Shown one piece after another: positions 52,234 to 61,917 of a stretch of DNA of 64,000 nt; positions within the stretch are counted from its first letter, which is position 1; every line of letters begins with the position of its first letter. The position numbers were made by a program, and so were the translations under genes. A model generated the notes under the pieces. The model saw nothing but the letters and a program-made list of their open reading frames with translations. It was not told the origin of the DNA and did not search any database. Source of the stretch: a virus. Where the stretch lies: the IMG/VR virus record IMGVR_UViG_3300046170_000274, positions 2,897-66,896 of that record; one strand, 5' to 3'.

Positions 52234-52689
52234 GTGTCACATTTATTAGAGATCCGTAGTCGTCTATTATCTGTTTCATTTTTGCTTCTAGCTCTTGTTC
52301 TGATAGGTCCTCTAGTTTTCCTGTTTTTATTATCTTTCTATCTATGTATAGTCCTGCTGCTTTCCTCTGTTTGCTTCCGCATTCACTGCTGAAGAAAATG
52401 ATCCTTTTTTAAAGCGGCTTCTCTCGAGTCTAGCAAGTTCTGCCAGGTGTCCATCATAAGTTACTTCGTGTTTTCTTAATCTTTCTTCTTTAAGTTCACC
52501 AATATACTTAACTACAAGTGGTGAGTATTTTGGATTAGTTAGTTCTGATCCTTCTCGCATTGCTCTATCCTTACTGTACCCAGCAGCGATAGCAGCTTCA
52601 CGTTTAGTCATTGGTCCTTCCGGTCCACCGAATACTAAGAACTCAGCGAATCGTTGTTGCATTTCTGTTAATCTTTTTGGTACACCCAT
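52169..52689 (-). CDS. terS: Terminase small subunit (indels near the 3' end)
   Basis: LTEMQQRFAE...EAAIAAGYS...GSEL...P.VVKYI; C-terminus continues AAGLYIDRK...LEDLSEQEL. Confidence 0.75.
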
Positions 52690-52690
52690 G

Positions 52691-52719
52691 TTGACAATTT
52701 AAGGGAACTATCCTATAAT
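52691..52719 (+). promoter_or_regulatory. Perfect sigma70 consensus promoter with ATCCTA box
   Basis: TTGACA-atttaagggaactatcc-TATAAT (17-nt spacer). Confidence 0.8.
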
Positions 52720-52915
52720 GTCAAGAATGAAAGTACATAGAAATCAAGAAGAATTACAAGACACTATTGAAGGATATAAGACTTTAGTTGAAGAACAGAA
52801 GAAAGAAATCTTTTGAATTAAAGAAAGTTGTATCTGAAAATGAAAAAAATAAAAATCTCTTGCAAGGTTACAAAAAAGTGATAGAGGATCTATCTATCAA
52901 GTTAAGAAAAAATTC

Positions 52916-53155
52916 ATGAGAGTACAAGACTTGCAGTTGTTTCTAAGCAACTTTACGAAAGGTAGCGACGCAGTAAAGAACGCCGTCATCTATGTAGAGA
53001 TAAATGGAAAACTACATGCTATTCGAAGAATGGAAGTACATGAAAATGCTACTCCTATAATTGGTCAGCCTGGTCATAGTGCACATAGATTGGTTATGAA
53101 AACCGAGAAACCATCGAAACTTATCTTACCTGAAAAGCTTCAACGGGACTACTAA
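52916..53155 (+). CDS. Hypothetical protein
   Basis: 79-aa ORF in the operon downstream of the promoter. Confidence 0.55.
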   Translation: MRVQDLQLFLSNFTKGSDAVKNAVIYVEINGKLHAIRRMEVHENATPIIGQPGHSAHRLVMKTEKPSKLILPEKLQRDY

Positions 53156-53161
53156 CTTCCC

Positions 53162-53539
53162 TTGAAACCAGAACGAAAATTATATGAAAAAATTAAAAAA
53201 AATATTACATCTATCTCGTGGAATAGACTTGAAAATCATAGCTTACTCGGTACTCCCGATCTATTGGGCTATAATAATTCTGGGCACTTTTTCACTGTAG
53301 AACTAAAGGTATGTAAGGGGAATAAAATAAGGTTTTCTCCACATCAAATTAGCTTCCATGTGAGGCATCCACACAATACTTTTATCATAGCAGAGGCCCT
53401 TGGTCCGAGTACCAAGAAACTTATTTACATGTACAAAGGATCACAGATCTTGGAGCTTGATGCTTGCGGCTTGAAGCTTGAACCTTTATGCTTGGGGCTT
53501 GATGCTTGCAGCCTGGTGCTTACTAAGCTTGGTGCTTGA
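53162..53539 (+). CDS. Holliday junction resolvase / VRR-NUC-like nuclease
   Basis: E..L...RLEN...GTPDL...VELK...SPHQ. Confidence 0.8.
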   Translation: MKPERKLYEKIKKNITSISWNRLENHSLLGTPDLLGYNNSGHFFTVELKVCKGNKIRFSPHQISFHVRHPHNTFIIAEALGPSTKKLIYMYKGSQILELDACGLKLEPLCLGLDACSLVLTKLGA

Positions 53540-53587
53540 AGCTTGCTGCTTGGAGCTTGACGCTTGCTGCTTGAAGCTTGATGCTTT
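53453..53587. repeat. Tandem heptamer array NN-GCTTG (19 units)
   Basis: GCTTG every 7 nt (15 perfect, 4 degenerate, one 9-nt step). Confidence 0.9.
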
Positions 53588-53706
53588 GGCCCTGACCAGG
53601 TGCACGCTCGCTTGCAGCCGTCGCTTCAGCATTGCTAATGACCTGATCAGATTTATTACGCTCGCGTAATTCTTTATAATATTTTGGATGTTTAAATACA
53701 AACATT

Positions 53707-54306
53707 CTAGTGTTTACCATATTCAATATTTTTTACCAGCGGATCCCAACAAGCGCGACAGTCGCCGCATTCATTATTGTTATCAGGGGCTGGACAGCTT
53801 CGACTCTTCGTCGAGACCGTCGACGTATTGGCCCAGCTCTTGACTGGTCCCTGGTCAATCATCGGTGATGAGAATCTTACAACTAAGTTTGCTGGCGCCT
53901 TGTGCATATGGTCCTTGATCCACGCTTCACGGTTGGCATCCAGTGTCGCTTGCTGGGTGTTAGCTCACACACTTTGAAGATCTTCTCGAGATGGTCCACG
54001 TCCTGGACGTCGCCGCTGTCATGCCATCTAAAAACATCAGGCTTTTTTGAATTGATTAACGTTGCCATTGCTTCAACCCATTGCGGGTGAGCTATTGCCT
54101 TCAGGCGCTTGTATTGCGCGGCTTGTACAACAGCGAAAACATAGCAGCCCTTCTCAGCGTAACAGCCTGAGCATACTGAGTTAGGTATTAATTTTAATTT
54201 GTTTCCAGTCTTGCATTCAGCAGCAGGAATTCCAATTGCCCAGCCGGGCATCTTTGATGGTTTACTTAGACCCTCCAACCAGGGTCCATGCTTCTTTAGT
54301 ATTCAT
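53707..54306 (-). CDS. GP88-like Cys-rich protein (indels)
   Basis: LSKPSKMPG...CKTG...CSGCYA...FRWHDSGD...CPA...CGDCRACW. Confidence 0.7.
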
Positions 54307-54360
54307 AATTCTTTCTCCTTTAATTTATAGGATACAATAACATTATAATTTAATCTTGTC

Positions 54361-54409
54361 AAGCTTGCAGCCTGACGCTTGCAGCTTGAGGCTTGTCGCT
54401 TGTAGCTCG
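54361..54409. repeat. Heptamer array NN-GCTTG (7 units) abutting a minus-strand TTGACA
   Basis: aagcttg cagcctg acgcttg cagcttg aggcttg tcgcttg tagctcg. Confidence 0.8.
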
Positions 54410-54806
54410 GGCCCTGGTCCTCTAACCAGCGCGCATGCTGCAGGAAGACTCGGGCCATTGCTGGCCCTGGTCGTCTACTCATTTCAAGTATCCAATCTCT
54501 TTCAGGTAGTCATAGGCATCATCCATCGTGGATCTAAAATGCTCAGTCCTGTATTCAGCTGGACAGTCTTCGTCAGCCTGGCAGCACATGGCTGCCAGGT
54601 GAGCTGCAAGTTTTTTTTCTTTATCAGTCATGCATCCACTCCTTCGACAGCTCATCCGTCTCAGGTTCCGGGAAGCGTTTAGCCATCTTTCTCCTGATCA
54701 GCCTTTACCAGCCGGAGGATCTCTTCCAGTGCGTTTGCTATTCTGTTAAGCTGTGAACCAGCTTCATATATTTTCATTTTACTCATAATTATTCCTTTCT
54801 AAATAC

Positions 54807-54865
54807 ATCCTACATTATCCTTGAGCCATTGTCAAGCGTTGCTTGCTGCTTGAGGCTTGAAGCTC
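54807..54865 (-). promoter_or_regulatory. Minus-strand promoter TTGACA-17-TAGGAT with upstream GCTTG heptamers
   Basis: Reverse complement ttgaca atggctcaaggataatg taggat; 3-4 heptamers at 54839-54865. Confidence 0.6.
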
Positions 54866-54877
54866 AACTCTCCCCTT

Positions 54878-55480
54878 CTTTAGAATGATTTTTAGAATCA
54901 TTCTAAAGTGGCTCTCCGGTAGGTCTCACCCGAGATTATTCCTAACGCGTGCCGCGCATAGCGTCCAAGACCAATGGGCCACAATTCATATTACCCGTTG
55001 CGCCTCCTGATCAGGGAACTCGGCGCACCATGGTGTTACACACATCGCTAGGTTGCCCATCATCGCTAACGTACAGGGAAATGCCAAAGGCAAGATTTGG
55101 ACGCTGGTGTACTCTTACTGATACTATTATTAGCAGGACCCTGAGTTGAGGCCGGCGTGCTTTATTTTAACAGCCCGGGCAACAGGCCTAACAAGTTATC
55201 ACTTGTCAGGGTCCAGCAAATAACAGGACCATTACACAAAGTCATAGGTAATGGTCCTTTGATCAGTCACTATGCTACGAGGGGGGTTACCGGCCACAGT
55301 TTCAGGTAACATTCGGGGATCCCTTTACCGCCCACCTTGTTATAGTGTTTATCTCCACAGTCAACAATGACTGATCCCAGATCCATCCCACCCTTTCGTT
55401 TGTTACATAGACACTTGTTAATGTGCCAGCGTAATGGATCAGGGATCAGTAGCACTCAATGGCTATCTTCCAGAGTGCTA
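54878..55480. ncRNA. Candidate structured non-coding region (series of stem-loops)
   Basis: GC-rich, no credible ORF, at least six inverted-repeat stems. Confidence 0.45.
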
Positions 55481-55505
55481 ATGATCTCTACTTGTTTAGA
55501 GTATT

Positions 55506-55546
55506 AATATATAATCCTTGACTATCCTATTGTCAAGTAGTAAAAC
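55506..55546. promoter_or_regulatory. Overlapping divergent sigma70-like promoters with ATCCTA box
   Basis: Plus strand TTGACT-17-TAAAAC; minus strand TTGACA-17-TATATA. Confidence 0.5.
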
Positions 55547-55580
55547 AAATTAAAATAAATTAAATATAGAAAGGTCTAAA

Positions 55581-56546
55581 ATGACAAAAATAAGAATGAA
55601 TACAGAGTTGCGAAACAAACTCTTTAATAAAATAAAAAATGTCTTTGAGAACGAGGACACTCAAGAACGAGAGGCATATCTTCAATCAAGAGAGTATGTT
55701 GATGAGCAATATAAAACTGCACAGAACTTGCAAAGAAGTTGTTGAGAGATCATATCCAACAGAAGATGTTGCAACTTTAAGACACTTTAAAAATAAATAT
55801 GGAAGTCCTTGTGATGTTGTTGCAAAAGATAAATGCTTTTACTTTGCACATAGTGAGGGACAAAGATGATGAGGGCGATATAAAAGAAACTAAATCACAC
55901 TTTGATTTTGGTTTGTTTGGTAATCTAAATGGTAGTGAGTACGGTAGTGAAGACGGGACAAAAGTTTGCACTTGCATATTTTAGAGAAGATTTAAAAGCT
56001 ATGGATTGCAACCCAGATATCTATGCACAACAAAAAGAAAACAAAGACAATCCACACAAAACAAAACATGTTGATGAGTGTTTAAAAGCACTTGGCAAAG
56101 TTGGTAATTATCATTCTTCAAATGATAATGTTGGTATGGCAAAAACATTTGATGACCAATATTATCTTGATGTAATTGGAACATCTTATTGCAGATCACG
56201 TGCTATCGCTTGTACTAAAGATGAGTATGAGGCATTTGAAACTTGGCGAATTGCAAAAGCTAATGTGGTATCTAAACACCAAACATGGATTGATACAATT
56301 CAAAAACAATGCGATCAGTTAAAGATTGGATTGAAAGCATACAGATATCTTTCAGAGGGTATTGAACTTGCTACTGAACTTGGAATACAATTAGATGAGG
56401 CAGAGTTAATTAGAACTAACTCAACAGGTTTGACTATCTATAATCCAAGCAACTTGGCTAGTATGATTAAAGGTATGAAGAATAAAAATCAATCAAGAGA
56501 GGCGAAGATATTGGCTAGAAAAAAATATGAAGAAAGTCTAAATTAA
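55581..56546 (+). CDS. Hypothetical early protein (~320 aa, indels)
   Basis: MTKIRMNTELRNKL start with AGAAAGG RBS; joins three ORF fragments. Confidence 0.55.
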
Positions 56547-56549
56547 AGT

Positions 56550-56587
56550 TTGACAAATAGGACTATCTAATATAGGATAGTCCTATT
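56550..56587 (+). promoter_or_regulatory. Promoter TTGACA-17-TAGGAT within a 12-bp inverted repeat
   Basis: ttgaca aataggactatc taatatag gatagtcctatt. Confidence 0.7.
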
Positions 56588-56604
56588 AACTAGAAAGGTA
56601 TAAT

Positions 56605-56793
56605 ATGACAAACAAAACATTCTATATAACTTATTGGGCTTCTAAACATAAGAAGCACATTACAAGAAAAGGCAAACATGACGACAAGTCAAGATATGGC
56701 ACATCTAAACAAGGTGTACCCTATTATGTTTATTATGACTTAGATAGTCATGGTTACAGAACTGCAACTACAACATGGAAAGTGAGGCACTAA
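56605..56793 (+). CDS. Small basic early protein
   Basis: FYITYW...YYDLD..GYRTA; AGAAAGG RBS. Confidence 0.6.
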   Translation: MTNKTFYITYWASKHKKHITRKGKHDDKSRYGTSKQGVPYYVYYDLDSHGYRTATTTWKVRH

Positions 56794-56948
56794 TGTTATA
56801 CGCAATTTACTTTGCATTGCATTTTGCAATGTGTTTTTTAGGGATAGTAATAGCCATGCATTTTGACATGACTATTGGTTTATTAATTGCAACTACATTT
56901 GGAGTTAAGTTTCTTTTTATGTTGCCAAATAATAGAGAGGGTTACTAA
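56793..56948 (+). CDS. Small two-TM membrane protein, 51 aa
   Basis: Manual translation MLYAIYFALHFAMCFLGIVIA...; coupled at both ends. Confidence 0.5.
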   Translation: MLYAIYFALHFAMCFLGIVIAMHFDMTIGLLIATTFGVKFLFMLPNNREGY

Positions 56949-57298
56949 TGCCAAATAAACATTTTTGCCAAGGACCAAGATGTCATGAACAAGTTACACA
57001 AGATAGATTTCTAAAATCTCGTGGTGTAATTCGTGGACGATATGCATATGCAGATAGAGATAGAACACCTAACTCGTGGGGTTATCTACCAAACATGAGT
57101 GATGTTTATTTCTGTAGTCAATCATGTAAGTTTGATTGGTTAGGTCTTAACATGGAAAACATTGAACAAGGTCGACCGATAGAGTTTATAAGACACAGAC
57201 GAGAGAGCCAAGGTTATGCCAAGGTCAAGAACGATGAGTCTAGGTGGGGTCCAGAATATTCTATTCAAAGGGTTGACAATGGTCAGCTTATAGAGTAG
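56948..57298 (+). CDS. Zinc-binding hypothetical protein
   Basis: CQGPRC...YFCSQSC. Confidence 0.55.
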   Translation: MPNKHFCQGPRCHEQVTQDRFLKSRGVIRGRYAYADRDRTPNSWGYLPNMSDVYFCSQSCKFDWLGLNMENIEQGRPIEFIRHRRESQGYAKVKNDESRWGPEYSIQRVDNGQLIE

Positions 57299-57309
57299 GA
57301 TAATCCTAT
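57273..57309 (+). promoter_or_regulatory. Promoter TTGACA-17-TAGGAT followed by ATCCTA
   Basis: ttgaca atggtcagcttatagag taggataatccta. Confidence 0.7.
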
Positions 57310-57327
57310 TAACAAGAAAGGTATATT

Positions 57328-57543
57328 ATGAAAAAAGAACCAATTAAAAAACTAAAAGAAGAGTTTCTACCAGGGGGCTCAATGAGACAGTACATTTTAG
57401 ATAAGGCTGTCCATTACTTACAACAACCAGGACTACAAGCAAACAAGCATATGTTTTGTATTGATATACTTAAGATGACGGAGACTGAATATCTTGAGGC
57501 ACTTAACAAAGCAACTAACGGAGGGTTAGAACAATGGAACTAA
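57328..57543 (+). CDS. Hypothetical protein
   Basis: AGAAAGG RBS; 71 aa. Confidence 0.55.
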   Translation: MKKEPIKKLKEEFLPGGSMRQYILDKAVHYLQQPGLQANKHMFCIDILKMTETEYLEALNKATNGGLEQWN

Positions 57544-57773
57544 AAGATAACAAGACAGAACAACGTAAGAATAGATTCAATGGCGAGTCTATTATGTTGA
57601 CAAAGGAAGAAGCTATCATTCATGATAGAATCTTTATCAATGAGATGGAAGCAACACTAGAAGATCAAGACGCAGGTGTTGACGGTACGTCAAAGCTTTG
57701 GGACAAAGTACGTAAAGACATCAACTACTTCAGACAGCATAATGCTGAAGCATACATGGTGTTATTAGATTAA
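57534..57773 (+). CDS. Hypothetical protein
   Basis: RKNRFNGES..LT...AEAYMVLLD. Confidence 0.6.
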   Translation: MELKDNKTEQRKNRFNGESIMLTKEEAIIHDRIFINEMEATLEDQDAGVDGTSKLWDKVRKDINYFRQHNAEAYMVLLD

Positions 57774-57786
57774 CACCAACCTTTCT

Positions 57787-57810
57787 GCCTAGGCGCTAAC
57801 GCGCCTAGGC
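57787..57810. other. Perfect GC-rich hairpin upstream of terL
   Basis: gcctaggcgc-taac-gcgcctaggc. Confidence 0.6.
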
Positions 57811-57989
57811 GCACGGATCCCTATCCAATACCAACATTGCAACTAACGTCGACCCCACCCACCCTTTGCACAAAAAGGGGTCCCACTACTCTAGGTTGTA
57901 TTGCTTGATTTAGACAGATAAGGGTGGTAAAAACATATTCAACACTTTATGGTGCAAAAAAATTATAAAAAAATTTTTTAAAAAATTTT

Positions 57990-59482
57990 ATGAATTTAAA
58001 TAACGTAGATATTAGTAAGCTACCTGCAGACGTCAGAAAGACATTCAAGAAACTGCAAGTCATGCATGCAGAAAAACAAATCCAAGGTAAAGCCAGAGAT
58101 GACTTCATGTCCTTTGTCAAATGTGTGTGGCCCGATTTTGTAGAAGGCTCGCACCACAGACACATAGCAAAAAAATTTAATCAACTTGCATCGGGAGAAA
58201 TAAACTCGACTGATAGTAAATATGCCTCCACGTCATACGAAATCAGAATTTGCAAGTTACTTGTTACCAGCGTGGATGGTGGGCCGTAACCCTAAGTTAA
58301 AAATAATCCAAGCAACTCACACAGGAGAACTAGCCGTACGATTTGGTCGTAAAGCTAAGACCTTGATTGATAGTGACGACTATGGAAAAATATTTGAAAC
58401 AAGACTAAGAGAAGATTCGCAAGCCGCTGGTAGGTGGGAAACAGCACAAGGTGGTGAGTATTTTGCAGCTGGTGTCGGCGGTGCAATAACCGGACGGGGT
58501 GCTGACCTATTAATAATTGATGACCCACATTCTGAGCAAGACGCAATGAGTCCGACTGCAATGGAGTCTGCTTATGAATGGTACACATCAGGACCAAGAC
58601 AACGTCTTCAACCTGGTGGTAAAATTATATTGGTAATGACAAGATGGTCTAACAAAGATCTTACAGGAAAATTAATTGCAAACCAAAAAGAAGCTAAAGC
58701 TGATCAGTGGCACGTGGTCTCTTTTCCAGCAATCATGGACCATGGATCAAAGAAAGCTAAACCAGTTTGGCCTGAGTACTGGAAGCTCGATGAATTAGAG
58801 AAAGTCCAAGCAACACTGCCCACGGGCAAATGGAATGCGCAGTGGATGCAAAACCCAACGTCTGATGAAGGTGCAATTATAAAACGTGAATGGTGGAGAG
58901 TGTGGAAGAATGATTGGATACCAGAACTGCATCATGTCATACAATCTTATGATACAGCATTTTTAAAAAAAGAAACTGCAGACTACTAGTGCTATTACTA
59001 CTTGGGGTGTATTTTACCCGGACCAAGACTCAGTGGTCCTAATTTAATTTTACTTGATGCTATAAAAGAACGGTTTGAGTTTCCTGAACTAAGGCGTAAG
59101 GCCTTTAGAGCAATATGAGTATTGGCAACCAGAATCAGTTATAGTTGAGGCTAAAGCTAGTGGTTTACCTCTAACTTATGAGCTTAGAAAGATGAATATA
59201 CCTGTAACTAATTTTACACCTAGTAAAGGAAATGATAAACATGCTAGGGTCAATTCTGTTGCACCTTTGTTTGAATCTGGTATGATATGGGCGCCTGAAC
59301 AAAAGTTTGCAGATGAAGTTATAGAGGAATGTGCAGGCTTTTCCATATGGTGACCATGATGACTTTAGTCGACTCTACGACTCAAGCTCTCATGCGCTTT
59401 AGACAAGGTGGTTTCGTACAACACCCAGAAGATTACTAGTGACGAACCTCTTAACCAACGTAAACGACAGTATTATGGATGA
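57990..59482 (+). CDS. terL: Terminase large subunit (several indels)
   Basis: MPPRHTKS (Walker A variant), LLIIDDPH, VMTRW, QSYDTAF, VEAKASG, FPYG.HDD.VD. Confidence 0.9.
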
Positions 59483-61917
59483 TATAATAAAATTATTGCA
59501 AGAATTGATGTCAAAGAAACCTACCCCTAAAGGTGGGATTGCTGATACTGCAGCAGGTGTAGAGTTTATTGGTAAGAAATTATCTAAAGAACAAGTAGGT
59601 GATTTTACTATTATTGGATCTAAACTAACTGATGCAAGTAGATTTAGACCGTTTGATGTACGAAATGTTGGTAGAGATAATAGATACATGTACATGAGAG
59701 ATTACGCTGATGAATTACAAAGTAACTTTGAAAAGACATTAAGATTTATACAAGACAATCCAGACATTAGATTAACTCAAGCACAGAAAGATAATGTGTT
59801 CTACAATCTTGGTGTTTACAGACGTGTCAATGCTGAAAAAAATAAATTAGAAAAAGGTTATATTGATGAAGGGTAAAAACCCAGAAGAGATTTATAAAAA
59901 AACAGATGATGAAAGACCACTTGAAGAGTTGCCATTTGTAAAAGTTTTAGAGAGAACTAAAAAAACAATAGATGAGTTTCAGAAAAAAGTAAAAGAGACT
60001 GAAGATATATTTAAGCCACCAAGTCCAGAAGAATTATCTGCAGGTCAGATTAGATATAATAAACTGTACAATGGTCCGGGGTACGAGAGAGGTAATTCAA
60101 GTTTATATAGAGGTTATGGTAGTAGCTTTTTACCAAGACTACATGAAAAAGGAATCATCAAACTAGATGATGAGATTTATCAAAACTTAAAACAAGGTAA
60201 GCACCACTATGGTGGAGCAGATTTCTTCGCACCAGATCCTATTAGAATATGGAGAAAACATTTTGGTGATGATGTTTTTGAAAAGTTAGATAACTTCGAT
60301 CCAGATAACGAAGACATCTTTCAATGGCTATCTCGAAACAATATACAACCAACAAACAGAGTTGGTCCTAAGAATGCGTTAGAGTATATGAACTCAACAG
60401 AGATTGGACAAAGATTAGCAGATGAAGCACAACTACTTAACAAGTACAAGGACCCTGCATCACAGGGTGATAATGCTAAATACTATTACGCAGATAAACC
60501 CGATCAGAGAATGGAACGGATCACGTACCACGGAGAAAACATACAAGGCTACGAGACAGCTTTACAGAAAATGGACCCTGAAGCATATAACAAATACGCT
60601 GCAGAGTTCCGTCAAGCAACAAATGACGCAAACGTAATACCGTTTAACAAAGATGAAGGGCATTAGAGCTATAGCTGCTGATTCCGAAGAAGGTAAAGAA
60701 ATTACAAAAGGTATATTAGATTTAGCTGATAGATCTAGCGGAGAAAATATTGTTGCACTTGCGGATCCTGTATCAGATGCCATTGCAGCAATTAAAGCTT
60801 TAGAACCTATGGATGCTATGAAAGAAGCAAACTTAGTTGCAGGTAAACAAGGTAAGTATGCAGACTTATCTGACGAACAGGTAAACAAAATTATAGAAGA
60901 TACTAACGATCACATCTTTGAAAGAGATCCTATCGAACCAGAAGACTTTGCAAAAGGTGGACGTGTTAATTTTAATCAAGGGTCTGCTCCAACAAGTGGT
61001 TTGTTAAACAAATCTTATTGATGTTGCAACAGCAAGTGGTGCACTTGTTAGAGCAACTAGAGCAATCTTTCAACCGCTATGGGTTAATGGGCCGGAAATT
61101 TATCACACTTCTTATTTACAAAATTTTGATATCTATGCCAGTTCAAGATCAGCTAAGCGCTTATATGTCTGGTCATTTAGACAGCTTAGTAGTCCAGATC
61201 CTACTTAATTCTAAGCAGGGGGTCCATTTGAGATGACAGTGGTGTTCTCGTCTGTTACTGGACATGGGTTAGGAACATCAGCTGGCCAAGATCCTATTCA
61301 CTAAAGATTAGCATTAGCTATAGCTGCAACACCTATTCTTCTGCACCCTTCTCGTTTCAAGCTGAAATGATCTTGGAATTTTTGGTGCAAACATAGCTAC
61401 TTTAATATGAACTGATGCAGGTTATGACTATACTTAGGAGTGCTAAATTTGATTTTGCAGACTTTGATACCTAATTCTGGTTTTTCAGGTAAAGTTCAAG
61501 ATTATGATTTTATCAGCCTTCAGACATATAAATTATTTAACACAACCATTTGAAGATATAGCTGCTAATTATGTAGGATCAAAATTACCTTATGGTATGA
61601 GCACTCCACAAAAAATAGCTTTTTTAAGTAATTATAAAAAATTTGGTAATCAAACATTGGATCAAGTAAAAAATCTAGAATTAAAAAAAGTGCAAGATAG
61701 AATTAGAGCTGCTGAACAAAAAGAAAAAATAAGAATAGAAACATTAGCAAGACAAAGAGCAGCACAAGAACAACAAAGACAAGCTGATCAAGCTAGAATA
61801 AATAGAGCGTACAGAGAAGAAACAGGTGGTCAAGGTGGTTCTTATGCTACAGGTCAATCTGGTGTACAATCAGATGGTAGTTACAATGATCCATTTGATC
61901 CAGGAGGAGGAGAATAA
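59475..61917 (+). CDS. Putative virion cargo protein A, allele 2 (indels; 61000-61500 garbled)
   Basis: MDDIIKLLQEL start; fragments join through FAKGGRVNF; ends ...DPFDPGGGE coupled to gene B. Confidence 0.55.
60637..60975 (+). repeat. Wrap-around repeat block 1, copy B
   Basis: About 96% identical to 1-339 by eye. Confidence 0.95.

Larger units (their letters stand above)
1..60636. mobile_element. Complete tailed dsDNA phage genome unit (podovirus-like, probable pelagiphage)
   Basis: Full set of packaging, head, tail, lysis and replication genes; sequence at 1 recurs at 60637 in the same gene context; AT-rich; no host genes. Confidence 0.9.

Noticed and set aside
54356-55455. ORF-track calls 54356-54682(+), 54949-55149(+) and 55270-55455(-)
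   Set aside because: Atypical composition; they arise from the GC-rich repeats and stems. The 54400-54786 part more plausibly encodes short minus-strand peptides.
53453-55480. CRISPR array or mini-array
   Set aside because: Repeats are 7-mers or non-identical inverted stems; no 25-45 nt direct repeats with spacers and no cas genes.
54908-55480. tRNA, tmRNA or hammerhead ribozyme
   Set aside because: No T-loop/CCA cloverleaf, tag reading frame or CUGAUGA/GAAA core recognised on either strand by eye.
4927-59482. Frameshifts in portal, scaffold, ejection proteins, both helicases, terS and terL as pseudogenes or programmed frameshifts
   Set aside because: Single-base indels, often at short homopolymers, scattered through essential genes; best explained as long-read sequencing error.
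61000-61503. Garbled stretch and the ORF 61018-61236 as a separate gene or pseudogene
   Set aside because: Lies inside cargo A allele 2, between in-frame flanks; probably a locally error-rich read, so it cannot be translated reliably.
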